Part shown: one piece after another, positions 1 to 10,884 of the stretch | How the letters are laid out: each line of letters opens with the position of its first letter | How positions within the stretch are numbered: position 1 is the first letter of the stretch | NCBI GenBank assembly: GCA_977017575.1 | Contig: CDRNVI010000025.1 | Location: forward strand, 1-64,000 | Length of the DNA: 64,000 nucleotides | From: Paramoeba atlantica | Lineage: Eukaryota; Protista; Discosea | Reading direction: 5' to 3' | Translations under genes and position numbers: made by a program | The notes under the pieces: generated by a model | Told to the model about the DNA's origin: nothing | Database searches by the model: none | Seen by the model: only the letters and a program-made list of their open reading frames with translations

Positions 1-1984
1 TGGGGGGGGGTCTAAAATTCGTAAAATTTGTCCAATTTTGGAAAATAATAGCGCGTTCGAGAGCTCTCGCAGAGTTGTATGTTTTAAGATAGGCAGTTTG
101 CGGGGGTTAGGGGGGTACCCCCCTTTGATGGAAGGGTCAAAAACACGATTTGCAAATTTTAAAAACTGTAAAAAATGGTCAAAAATTACCCTTAATACCC
201 ACAGGAAGACCCGTTTCGCTCAATAACGATGCGACAACGCTTGCGGAAACTGCTCATCGTGTTAATTTTCTTTTTTAGGCTCTTCGTTAAACGCGGTGGT
301 TGCTTTCAACTTAGAAGTCACTCATGCTGCGCGCTTCGCGTTGAAAACTACCACCGCGTTTAACGAAGACCCTAAAAAAGAAAATTTAGCCTGGAAAACG
401 GAAAGAATATAGCCGAAAATAGCCGAATTTCGGGTAAAAATGGGGTGATTTTCGCGTATTTTTGCTGTCAGAGCACTAAATCCGACATTTGCGCGTGGGA
501 AATCACTCGCAGGCATGAATGAAAGCCTACCGAACGTATTGGGTAGAGAATACGACTCCAACCATACCATTCTTTCGACACAAAAATGCCCCTTTAGGTC
601 CGAAAAATACTTTTTCACCTTTTTTAGTCAAAATTGGGCCATTTTGAGGGGCGCACCACGGTTCGAAGAAGTGATACCTTGCGAAAACAACTGCGGAGAA
701 AGCTAGTGTAGGTCCCAAACTATCAAAATACAATAGGGGAAACGATTTTGGAAAACTATTTTTTTTGTCATTTTTTTCGCCAAGTTGAATTTTTTTTCAA
801 AATTTTTTTTCCGAAAAAATCCGAACTTGGCGGACCCGTCCTGCGGATACGCGGGGGGGTCACCCCCGGGTGGGGGGGTGGAAAATGCGCGCCAAGACCC
901 CGGCTACCCTTTCTGCGGTTTTTTTTCGAAAACTAATTTTTTCGAAAAAATTTGCTCGACCATGCCCCCCCCCCTGGACCCCCCCCTGGACCCCCCCCAT
1001 GGACCCCCCATTTTTTTCAAATTTTTTTTTCAGTTTTGGTCCACCGGAGCCCCCTTTTATATTTTTTTCTTCTATTATATCACTGTGTTCCCCTTTATAT
1101 TTTCACTGTTTTTGTTCACTTTTTTTCAATAATCGAGTGTAGAGCGGTAGTTTTACAACCACCGCAATACATTCTTACTTGCGTTCTGATTGTAATCTTT
1201 CGAACGCTGTCTCAATGGCCGATACTAATTCAGCCCGATTCTTGGGTCGAAGATCATTTTTGATCCTGTCCATGGTCCCCCAAAGGTTTTCAATGGTTTA
1301 AATCGGGGGATTCTGCAGGCCAAGAGAGTACATTAATACCTTCGTTGCGAAAGGTTGTTCGCGCAGAATTATGAACAGGACAATTATCCATTGCAACGAC
1401 CCCAGATGGGTGGCGCCTCAAATAATTTAAAAGTCCTTTGCGCTTCTTCATGGCATCATTGAAAACATCCCCTGTTACAGTTACTTTTCGGCCGGAAGGG
1501 TCGTGGGAGGGAAAAATGTGTAGATGAAATCCATGATTTTAACTGACCCCCATCCACACCATGACGCCGTTCCCTCCATATCAAGGTTCTAGCTCTCCCT
1601 GCTGTTCCTTGGCGGGGTCAGTCTTCCGGCAAAGGTAAGTAATTTTGTTTCGTCCCCTACCGCAAGTGAACTTCTTCTCATCGCAGAAAACAATTTGTCT
1701 CAGTTGGGTATCTGACCAAGTGAGCATCTCAGAACAAAAATGCACTCGTTTCCTCTTGTGTTCATTGGTCAGTGCGGGCTTTCTTTTTAAAGTTCGCATG
1801 ATCATACCATGGCTCTTCATGGCGTTAACCAAAGTTGGTCTTGAACACTGAAATCCAAGAGAAAGCACAACTCTATGGAGCACACCAGTTCTCAATCCCG
1901 TACGGGAGGTCACGGTATCCCTCATCAATTATAAATCATTTTTACGAATTTTAGACCCCCCCCACCACGAGTTTTTCACCCCTG
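1..1984 (-). mobile_element. Tc1/mariner-type DNA transposon, copy 1 (defective; left end just outside window)
   Basis: TIR CAGGGGTGAAAA..GGGGGGGTCTAAAATTCGTAAAA ends at 1984, followed by TA (1985-86); position 1 starts inside the other TIR. Minus strand encodes FCDEKKF, GGNGVMVW, MDNCPVH and WPAESPDLN-like motifs with in-frame stops. N-terminus is deleted; near-identical to 42489-43860; interrupted by the 267-1165 insertion. Confidence 0.9.
267..1165. mobile_element. Non-autonomous 'hairpin-terminus' element, family B copy 1
   Basis: Interrupts Tc1 copy 1 exactly: the intact copy reads GTGTT-AAT-ACATTC, and AAT is present on both sides (264-266, 1166-1168). 47-bp inverted arms (264-310/340-386) surround a 29-nt loop; small hairpin GCGGTAGTTTTACAACCACCGC at the other end. 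Confidence 0.8.
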
Positions 1985-4297
1985 TATGTCAGGGCCTCGA
2001 CCGTTGTCGAACCTGGGTTCGCAAAGATCTGGGGAGAAACCATAGTTGATTAGGAGGTTTCGGAAGGTTTCCTTAACTACTTTATGTCGAGAGGCTTGGG
2101 TCTTGCCCCTGACCTTCTTGCAGTCCAGCGCTTGGACGCAAAAATCCTCGTTCCTGAGGGTGGCGCCGCACACGCAGTGTAGTTCAGGTTCGGAGGTCGG
2201 GGAGACCAAGTACCGAAGGCGGGCCGCTGTTTCCCACTCGGGGTCCCGCATGTAGTACTCCGGCCTGTTCGGCCACGCATTCATCCATTCGGTAGAGTGG
2301 ATGTTTTGAATCTGTCTCATACAGACCAAATGCGTGGCCGAGGGGGCCTTCTGGATGGCCGCCTCACAGAAGCTGCGTCTCAGCTCCTTGGCTGGCGTAC
2401 CCTGAGTGAGTCCTTGGAGGGCGTTTTTGGCTTTGCCCTGCATGTCCCCACCTTTGTGCTCGAAAGGAATGGTTCCTAGGAAGTCCGCCGTAAAAAGGGG
2501 ATTTGAGAACGGCGACTTTCCAGGGGGGCCCATCCCTCCGAGTAAGGCTTCAGAGAACGCCTTGATGGCACAATCAATTTGTTTATTGGCCATCTTGGTG
2601 ACCGGGGGTTCGTGCGTCCGCACAATATAATTCCAGTGCGGGCTGCCGCATAGCCGCAGGAGGGGTAGGGCGCATTGCCTGGGGAGGTCCTTCAGTTTCC
2701 CCAGGAAGGAGGCCACCTTGGGTGCCTTGGAGAGCACCCATTCCTCCTCAACCGACTCCGAAGCTCCAATGTAAGCTCCAAGGAGCTTAACCCCGCCCGG
2801 AGAGTGCACCATTCTGGTACCTTTGAAAGCCGAGTATAGGTCATCCCGGCGGGTGGCGACCTTACTCTTGGCAGTGTTTAGCTTCAACCCAAGGAATTTG
2901 ATTTCTCCTTGGAGGGCATCGAGGGCCTCCCCGCACACCATGGGCTCCCCAGCGAGGGTGACGTCATCGAGGTAAGCCCATAATTTCAAGGAGCTGGGGA
3001 ATTTGGCCGCCACTCGAGAGATGGCCCCCTGTACCCCGATCGCGAACAGGATAGGGGCGAGCGGGTCTCCCTGTTTGACCCCCCTGGTGCTCATGAGGAC
3101 ATTGCCCTCGCCCAGGTGAAGAGCGCTGGGTTTCCCGTATCCGAGGAGGGTAATGCCCTCGAGGGGGAGAAGCTTGGGGTTCCCCCGTATGGCCCTGAAA
3201 ATAGCTGACCTCGAGATGCTGTTAAAGGCATTCTCGAGGTCCGCCGCGACAATAACCTCGTCGGGCCTGTCTCGGAAGTGATCGCGTACCTCGTACACGA
3301 TGTGTTCACACCCTTGGGTGTATTGGGCCCCGAATTGGAGCCCTTGGAAGACGTTTGGGAGGTGTTCGCGCACCCTTTCAAGGGCGAGGAGTCCCGCCAG
3401 TTTCAGGAACACTTCGCCCATGGTAATTGGGCGACAGGTCGAGTGATGCCCCGCGGGGGCACCCGGTTTGGAAAACAGTTTAAGGGTGGCCCCCGTTATT
3501 ATCTCCATCATGGAGTTAGGGAGGGTGTTCGTAATGATACCGTGGACAATCCACCTCACACATTCCCGGGGATCATCCTCCATAAGGGCCGGGGCCAGTA
3601 GCTCCTTGGTCCACCCGGACGGTCCCGGGGCACAAAGCAGAGCCAAGCCTCGGACCTTCCGGGCCACATCCGCCGGGGACGGGAGCGCCCCGTGGACGTC
3701 TTGGTCGTAGCGATACAGGCCGGAGGTATATGGGCCCCCGGTCGGATGGAGGCGTCTTGCGTAGTATGAGGCCGCATAAGGGTTAGCGGGGGGATCCAAA
3801 GGGGCTTCGAGGATTTTCGCTGCTCTGGAGAAAGAGCCCACTCTAACCAGTTCCTCAGCGCGCTTGAGCGCCGAGGTGGGTGAACCGTTAGCTTGTATAG
3901 GCATGGGGGACATGCTCTCTGACCCCTCGAGGAACGCGCGCTGGCGTAGTTCCCTGGCCATTTGCTTCTGAGAGAGCTTCTCCTCCGGGAAGAACAGGAA
4001 GCGTTTTACCGAGAGAATGAGGTTCCAAGCGGTCACAATCTTCTGGTCAGGGGATTTAGATGGGAACCTACGGCAAACATGTGCTAAGTGTTCTCTCCAC
4101 GCAGGGGTCTGGACTGCATAAAGTTTGCGCAAAGAGCCCCTTCCCAACAGTTCCGCCAGGTTTTCGGGGGACGGGGCGTGGTCGGTTCCTTCTGTATACG
4201 CGCTCTGTGTGCATGGGGGCGTAACGGACACAGGTTCGGACGGGATTCCGGCCGTGTGTGCGGGCTCCGGCCGTAATGGCCGCCGCCGCGATCTCTA
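1976..4297 (-). pseudogene. Reverse transcriptase + zinc knuckle + truncated restriction-like endonuclease of the CRE-type element
   Basis: CRPITMGEVFLKL, QFG, ADLENAFNSISR, GVKQGDPLAPILF, AYLDDV, KLLGAYIG; CxC..C knuckle with His replaced by Gln; RH; RFDNGRGPD. Upstream in-frame TAG at 4295-4297 and no ATG near the start. Confidence 0.9.
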
Positions 4298-4434
4298 GTA
4301 TCGTCCCGCTGACGAGCGGGGTGGGCTCCCCCATAAGGACCGGCGCGAGGCTGCCATCCTCGGAGTGTGGCTCACCGGCGTGCTGGTTGCCCTCCCCCTG
4401 ACGAGGGAAGTTGGGTTCAGAACCTTTCGGGAGG

Positions 4435-5034
4435 TTACCGGCCTTTGCGGGAATGCCGCGGGGTTGCGGGGGGGGCCCTAGCCTTAGGAGGGGATGTTAC
4501 GTAAGGGCCTGAAGGGAGGCTGCGCGCGACAGACCGAGTATTGCGAGTCTTGCGGTGAGGTCCCGGGTTAGCCTCGATGCAGCCCCGTCTCAGGTTGCAT
4601 CGCACCAGTTCCGCCGACCACCCCGAGTCGGCGATTAAACCCTCAGAAGGGAGGAAACACCAGTATACGGACCCGTCTTCCGCCTCGAAAGGGGTCCATG
4701 CACATGCGAAGTCGTGAGTTAGTGCCAACGTGTAGCAAAGGAAGAAGGGAATATTTTCTGCGGGGAGGGGCGCTTTCGTGTTGATACATGAGCCGTGTGT
4801 TGTTCCGTCGAACACCCTGACATGGTGTCCGTGTGGCGAATCGTTGAAAGGTACGAGCAGGGTGGCCCAAATGTTGGGCGAGGCGCCCACGTCCTCGTCT
4901 GTCTCCAGGTAGGGGTCTCTCTGGTCGGTGGTGAGACATACGCGGTCCGACGGGACCCCTAGCGTGAGGCCAACTGTGTGAGCTAAGCCTTGGAGTGGGC
5001 ATCCGGGTGGGACCGGAACCATGGTGTGCCCCAT
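4435..5034 (-). CDS. Intermediate ORF of the CRE-type element (probably the frameshifted N-terminus of ORF2)
   Basis: ATG 11 nt after the ORF1 stop; 199 aa; different frame from the RT ORF; no motif recognised. Confidence 0.45.
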   Translation of the reverse strand: MGHTMVPVPPGCPLQGLAHTVGLTLGVPSDRVCLTTDQRDPYLETDEDVGASPNIWATLLVPFNDSPHGHHVRVFDGTTHGSCINTKAPLPAENIPFFLCYTLALTHDFACAWTPFEAEDGSVYWCFLPSEGLIADSGWSAELVRCNLRRGCIEANPGPHRKTRNTRSVARSLPSGPYVTSPPKARAPPATPRHSRKGR

Positions 5035-5045
5035 AGCGTGGGGCC

Positions 5046-6323
5046 CTAGATGCAGGTTAACCTTGGTCCAGACCTCCTCATGGAGTTCCGGAGGGGGGGC
5101 GTCCCCGGTGGGCCGTGCGCTCCCCCCGACTGGCGGCGAAATCGAGGGGCGTCAGCCATAGGGGGCGGCGGAGAGTCTACTTCAATGTGCCCACTCGACG
5201 GGGTTGTCGGGGCCCTGTTTAATAAGGCGATGCGCTGCAGTTCCCCGAGCCACACGTTGTGAAGTTCGGAGGTTGAGGCCCACTGGAGGTCTGAGATATC
5301 TGAAGCCCCCCACCGGTGTTCCTTGAGAAGGTGGGCTGCGGTCGCGCGGACAGCGGCCTGTTCGTGGACGAGCTTATGGTCCGCCAACTTCCGCTGATCG
5401 AGGAAGACCCGCCCACAAGTATGGCAAAGATGTGCTCGATCCTCGACCAGTTTGCGTTCCCTATGCTCCTGCCCCGCGTCCTGGCAGAGTAGGGCGAGCC
5501 ACTCTGAGATGATGTCGTCCCGCGCCCTCGCGAAGTCGGCCTCCAGAGCTCGGGCAGCGCTCGCTAGACGATGCTCTTCGACTTCGTGTCCGAGGTCCGA
5601 GGACGCTCCATCCTTGCGTCCCCTATTGAAGAGAGCCCTCATAATTTCGGCATTCTTAGATGCTATGATCGCAAGTTGGTCCTGGAGCGGGGGTGCTTTG
5701 CCAGTTACGGTGCCGGAGGGGGGTTCTGTACCTTGGGTTGATAGGTGCGGAGGGATGGGTGAGAGCAATCTGGCCTTGTCCGCGTAGGAGTGGATCAAAT
5801 GGGTGGGCGTCGGCCGAGGGGCGGAGACCCGGGAGGAGGAGCGGGTGCGGGGGCCCTCGGCTTGGAGGCTCGGCTTGCGGGGAGCCGACCGGCCCCTGGA
5901 GGTGGCGCGCGTAGGGGTAGAGAGACGTGAACGAGAGCGTGTTCTACGGCCTGGGGATGTGTCCCGTCCCGGGGAGATTCTGGCGGGTGATGAGTGGCTA
6001 CCAGCGCTCTGGCGTTCGGCTCGGAGTTCGATGCATTCCAGGCATAGAAGGTGAAAAGGTCGCCTCGGGGAGAAGGTCTGCGCGCAGAAACCACACGGCC
6101 GGTTGTCGAGGGAGGGGGAGGCCCCCGTGTGAGGACGGGGGGAGGTCTGCTTGGGTCCACCGTGGGCGGGCCCGAGAGAAGAGGAGTGGTCCCGCGGAGA
6201 TCGGGACAATCGTCGAGATGAATCAGCGCACGGCTGGCACATCCGATGGGAGGGGGAGAGTGGTTCATACTTCGAACCACAAGTTGCGCAAAACAAGATT
6301 CCCTGGAGCGGGGGTTTTGCCAT
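5046..6323 (-). CDS. ORF1 of the CRE-type element: two CX2CX13CX2C motifs, Arg/Ser-rich linker, one C2H2 finger
   Basis: CATC-x13-CQPC, CGFC-x13-CLEC, CHTCGRVFLDQRKLADHKLVH; ATG at 6323 (MAKPPLQG). Confidence 0.75.
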   Translation of the reverse strand: MAKPPLQGILFCATCGSKYEPLSPSHRMCQPCADSSRRLSRSPRDHSSSLGPAHGGPKQTSPRPHTGASPSLDNRPCGFCAQTFSPRRPFHLLCLECIELRAERQSAGSHSSPARISPGRDTSPGRRTRSRSRLSTPTRATSRGRSAPRKPSLQAEGPRTRSSSRVSAPRPTPTHLIHSYADKARLLSPIPPHLSTQGTEPPSGTVTGKAPPLQDQLAIIASKNAEIMRALFNRGRKDGASSDLGHEVEEHRLASAARALEADFARARDDIISEWLALLCQDAGQEHRERKLVEDRAHLCHTCGRVFLDQRKLADHKLVHEQAAVRATAAHLLKEHRWGASDISDLQWASTSELHNVWLGELQRIALLNRAPTTPSSGHIEVDSPPPPMADAPRFRRQSGGAHGPPGTPPLRNSMRRSGPRLTCI

Positions 6324-6356
6324 GGGGGTAAAGTAACGAAGAAAGAGGAAGTAAAT

Positions 6357-6390
6357 CAACAGGGTACAGAAACTGTATCTTTATCGTTAA
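6357..6390 (-). other. Spliced-leader (mini-exon)-like sequence
   Basis: Minus strand reads TTAACGATAAAGATACAGTTTCTGTACCCTGTTG. It contains the conserved kinetoplastid SL core ACAGTTTCTGTAC and ends in TTG, 33 nt upstream of the ORF1 ATG. Confidence 0.7.
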
Positions 6391-6413
6391 ATCATTATTA
6401 TTATATCCTTATT

Positions 6414-7368
6414 GCGGTGGTTGTAAAACTACCGCTCTACCCTCGATTATCGAAAAAAAAGTGAACAAAAACAGTGAAAATATAAAGGGGAACACAGTAA
6501 TATTATAGAAGAAAAAAATATAAAAGGGGGCCCCGGTGGTCCAAAATAGAAAAAAAAATTGAAAAAAATGGGGGGTCTAGGAGGGGGGGCATACGTCGTT
6601 TTTTGAAATTTTCAAAATCTTGATTTTCGAAATCAAGCGCAGGGAAGTGGTAGAGTAGGCCGCGGCGATAATCCCCCCCCCCTGGTACGCGCAGGAGGGG
6701 TCCAGCAAGGTCAAAATTTCCGAAATTTTTGGGGTCATCAAAAAAAAAATTTGACCCCAAAAAAATATTGTTTTTCCAAAATCGACTCCCAAAACGTATT
6801 TTAAGAGTTTGGGATCTCAGCTACCATTTTACGACGTTTTTTTCGACAGATTCGCCTCCTACCCCTACTGGTAAGGTTTCAAAAGCAGCCGAAATTCGGG
6901 TTAAAATATCGAATTTTTAGCCTGAAAATCATGCTTTTTTGTCGAAAATTATGTAGTTTTCTTGAATTTTTCTTTTTTTAGTCTGTTGGGGTGATAAATG
7001 TAAATGGGGTAAATCAATAAAAGGGGGCGTTGAATAAAATTGTGGTGATCAATAGAAAGGGGTGATCAATGAAATGAGGGACTGAAATCCCGGTTGGTCG
7101 ACTAGGGCTATGGTGTCGTAACAGTTACATGGAAACCTCTACTCTTAGTTAAGCGCGGAGGTAGTTTTCAATATAGTATTTGTAAAGTTCGGAACCTCAG
7201 CTACCTTTTTGCGACTTCGATTCCTACAATACGATTTCAGTAATCATGTTAATACGTATTTTCTTTTTTAGGCTTTTCGTTAAACGCGGTGGTTGTTTTC
7301 AACTTAGAAGTCACTCATGCTGCGCGCTTCGCGTTGAAAACTACTACCGCGTTTAACGAAGAGCCTAA
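6414..7368. mobile_element. Family B copy 2 (opposite orientation to copy 1; terminal palindrome flipped)
   Basis: 6414-6840 is the reverse complement of the copy-1 end (ATT-GCGGTGGTTGTAAAACTACCGC...). Full palindrome at 7268-7368; extra partial arm at about 7146-7172. Confidence 0.7.
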
Positions 7369-7369
7369 T

Positions 7370-7867
7370 AATTTCAGGCTGTAAAACATCTCTTGATCAG
7401 GGGCGTTATACCCTCAGACACGACACCGCGCTAACTGAACTCGCCAAACACATCCAAGAATCCCCGCATACAAAATATCAGCATTTTGACCTACTAGGTC
7501 ACCGAAATCCACCACATTGGCTACACAACAATCCGAATCATCAACGTCCAGACGGATTCGTTGCACTGACTGACGGTACAGAATACATCGTTGAGCTCAC
7601 TGTCCCCTGGTAAGAGAACTCAAGTACAACGCTCTATTACACGAACGACGAATAGTGCACCCGAACACGTACCTCCTCGTATTCGAAATTGGAGCACGAG
7701 GTGGTCTGATATCCTCAGCGGATATTAATCGGTTGTTTGGAGGGGGCAAGGATTTGGGGGCTAAATGTCGGGCGACGCTCTCCCGAGCTGTTATCCGTTC
7801 CAGCTTCATATTATGGCACAAGCGTGATTCCCCGCAATGGAGCGATGCAGGGACACTGTCCGCATAA
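7370..7867 (+). pseudogene. 5'-truncated REL-type non-LTR retrotransposon remnant (HERO/NeSL-like)
   Basis: My translation gives ISGCKTSLDQGRYTLRHD...QRPDGFVALTDGTEYIVELTVPW*EN, then (frameshifted) FEIGARG...SFILWHKRDSPQW. Confidence 0.75.
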
Positions 7868-8009
7868 GGGATGCAACTAACAGCGTCATATGCGCAAGTT
7901 AGTTACATCCTAAAAATCCTCTATCTTAAAAGGTATGATATCATCATATCGTACCTTAGATTGTACCTTGTTGCCTTTTTCTTTATACCTTGTTGATCTA
8001 CCCCATGTA

Positions 8010-8325
8010 CCCCTTCACCCCCCTTCGCCGCGCCTTTCGCCGTCTCCCCGCCGTGCTTCCCACATCCCTCCATGCCGTTCTCCCTGCCTTGCTCCCCGGC
8101 ATGCTCGCTCCCGTGCTCCCCGCGCCTTTCGCCGTCTCCCCGCCGTGCTCCTCGCCGCCCTCCTCGCCGTGCTCCCCGCCGTGCTTCCCTCGCCTTTCAC
8201 CATCTCTCCGCCGCGCTCCCCGCCGCCCTCCTCGCCGTACTCCCCACCGTGCTCCCCGCTGCGCTCCCTGCCGCCCTCCCCGCTGTCCAACCGCCCAACT
8301 CCCCGCCTCTCTCCGCCGCGCTCAT
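8010..8325. repeat. Degenerate GC-rich tandem repeat (CTCCCCGCCGTG-like units)
   Basis: Recurrent ctccccgccgtgct / ctcctcgccg units; overlapping Pro-rich ORFs in several frames. Confidence 0.6.
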
Positions 8326-8400
8326 GATGTGGAGCTACCCGGCGTCAACACAACAAGACGTCAAGAAACTAGGGTAGCATCAATACAAAAAATTTAAGGC

Positions 8401-8449
8401 AGGGTCGTGGATTAACTTGTTAAGCCACGCTGAGGAGTAGCGAATCCCT
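8401..8449 (+). ncRNA. Possible degenerate type III hammerhead ribozyme
   Basis: AGGG-U-C, hairpin GUGG..CCAC, CUGAGGA, G(UAG)C, GAA-U-CCCU. Two deviations from consensus: extra G8429 and U at position 15.1. Confidence 0.25.
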
Positions 8450-9109
8450 CCTACCCTGGAGCTGTAATTATTGGCTTCCTTTTATAGGAGGATAAGTCGC
8501 GTGTGTGCCTTCTATGGTTGAGATTACTCCTGTGTTAGCACAGATGCTTCGAGCTTCAGCATCCGCACAGCGGACCTAGGCTGGAACTAGGGGGGCATAT
8601 CTCCTCGGAGACAAACGGCTCTGTGATACATCCATCCATACCTTAGATTACCCAATCTCGTTTAGCAGTGCCACATTCATCCTTTGTTATATTTTCTCCT
8701 GAATGCCGAAAGTACAGGTGAACTGGTCGTGCGAACTGTGTGATGATTTTTCATGCGTTAGCAATATGTTATTTACTTCGATAGCCGAGTCCACTGAACA
8801 AGAGCTCCGGTTATGGCTTAAAAACCACAAACCAGTGGTACAGCAGGCATGGTGTGCCAAGGAAAAGTATCATGAGGAGCCTGTGGCCTGTGACCGCACT
8901 GAAACTTGTTGGTTGTGCCCGATGGAGGGCAACGGTTCCTGTCGAGGCCATGACTACTCGACTTCATGACTACGGCCGAAAATTTGGCTGATGGATGGAG
9001 TAGAAATGCTTTTGGAACTTGGCGATTGGGCGTGGAACGAGCGAATGGGTGGACGCGGGCTACCCACTCGCCCATAAGATTAAGCCCATAAGCCACGTAG
9101 GCAAGCAAG

Positions 9110-9385
9110 TACAGTAAACGTCATTATTCTGAGAGTTGCTAAAAATGAGAATTGGGCTGTCAACGTACAACTGACTAAAATGAGAATGTACCTTGGAAAA
9201 TGAGAATGGAGCTTCGGTCATGTGTCACCGTTCAATTCAATTTTACACTGAAGAATGAGAATTGAAAAAAAACTCTTTTGTTCTCTCACTGCTTAACTCA
9301 CTGCTTCATCTTCACTCACTGGAGAGTATGTGAGAGATCGGTGGAAATGACTGCGGATACCGTATACCCCCCCAGTAATGGACCC
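9110..9385. mobile_element. Dispersed repeat family A (TA-CAGTAAACG start; AAAATGAGAAT sub-repeats)
   Basis: Highly similar to 26213-26480; starts with TA+CAGT like Tc1/mariner ends. Confidence 0.7.
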
Positions 9386-9842
9386 CAGGAAACTGTCACA
9401 CCCGCTGGGCTTGGGCGTCTCTTGGATAGCAGCAACTTCGTGCATCACTAATCATTGTTCTTCCGTGTGATAGCTGTGTGGTAGAATTTCTGGGAGTTAG
9501 ACCTCCACCTAGTACCGTAATCTCAGTAAGAGAGAATTGGTCCTTTTTGGGCTGACCCCTGTAAGCGAGATTTGGTTCGAGGGGCTGAGCCATCGGGGTG
9601 GCTGGATGGGGGAGGGTGGCTGGGCGGGGTGACGGTAGTTGGACGGGCGGTGATGTCTTTTTTAGACGCTTAAAATGTATCTATGAACCTGCAAATGTCA
9701 TAAAAACGTTTAAGAGGAAATTTGAGTCATTTTTGAAAAAAATCTATTTTTTGTCAAATATTTGTCCCTACCGTCCAACGGACGCTTGGCCGAAAAGGTA
9801 GGGGAGGGGGTGACTTTTCGCTGTGGGGCGATTATTAAGATA

Positions 9843-10789
9843 CTGTCACCCCCCCTTTATACTTCCGCCGGTTTCGGTACTTTTGGAAGTATAAAGGGGG
9901 GGGGTCTGATTTTTTGAAAAATCCGCGAAACAAATACTTTTGAAATCCTATTATTTATTTTTGAAATCCTATTATTCTAGCTAAAAATCAATCATCTAAT
10001 CTCCAAACATGCAGGGCATAATGTTTGCTTCCGTGTTCCTCTTGCACACAATCAACATACGCTGTATATTACGCTGCAGTGAATACGTGTCGGGACGATC
10101 TACCATTAGAAGCTTCATGGGACAGTCTTTGAAACGAGGTACATTCGCCTTTGCTGCAGCAGGCGCATGTCCGCGCTGGCTGTCATCCCGTCCAGTTCGC
10201 TAAGGAGGAGTTCGTCAATTTTTTCGCATCTCGACATGTTTGTCCTTGTGCAAACCCCATCGCGCTTGCGACTACGATAGATTTACTTTTTTCTGGAAAA
10301 ATCCGACACCATTTTTCCGGAGGGAGCGGATGGTTCGAGATCAGACGCCGCACTTCTCGCTGATTTGTGGAGCACTGCTACTCGAATGACACACATTCAA
10401 CTTCTCCTACATTTTTGGGTTCTTTCCTCCCTGGGGTGAACCGACGGACACTGGTAATGTCGCAGGCTCCGCGCTTGAAACCATTATTTCGTTGGGAGGC
10501 CGAACGCGATGAAGAGGGGGATAAAGCTTAACCCACTGTGAGTATTGACATGGGAAAAAATGCGGCAAATAATTTAAATGTATATCTAGCAATATCTCTA
10601 CACACATCTCTAACGTTTAATAAAAAAAATGTAGAAAATTGTTAAAAAAAAATTTTTTTAACCCATTTTTAACCCCATTTTTTTGGGACCGGAAGTATAA
10701 AGGGGGGGTGCTGATTTTTCATCTGGATGAAAACGGAAGTATAAAGGGGGGGGGGTTGACCCCCCTGAAGGATAAAGGGGGGGTGACAG
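9843..10789. mobile_element. MITE family C1 (TA-flanked, IR/DR-type ends)
   Basis: TA-CTGTCACCCCCC ... GGGGGGTGACAG-TA; internal GGAAGTATAAAGGGGGGG repeats near 9886, 10691 and 10737. Confidence 0.8.
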
Positions 10790-10884
10790 TAATAAATAAT
10801 GAAAATCGTTTCTAATACTGTACCCCTAATTCTCCACAAATTAATTACCAGTGCGCAAGGTCGCGTTAAGATTTAGTGAATCAG

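Larger units (their letters stand above)
1987..6390 (-). mobile_element. CRE/SLACS/CZAR-clade non-LTR retrotransposon (REL endonuclease type), 3' part cut off by the Tc1 insertion
   Basis: Zinc-finger ORF1, RT ORF with zinc knuckle, RH motif and the start of a PD-type REL domain. The ORF runs into the Tc1 TIR at the TA (GPDIQG-stop). Confidence 0.85.

Noticed and set aside
1390-1600. In-frame TGA/TAA in Tc1 copy 1 as a sign of a non-standard genetic code
   Set aside because: Copy 2 has TGG at the TGA position, and host genes end normally at TGA and TAA; this is ordinary decay.
4435-5034. Ulp1-like protease in the CRE intermediate ORF
   Set aside because: Only a loose LLVPFN..H resemblance; no convincing Q/DCG catalytic Cys motif.
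6395-6413. Left flank ATATCCTTATT as continuation of the HERO HILSGC motif across family B copy 2
   Set aside because: It would add an extra codon and no upstream CX2C is present; likely coincidence.
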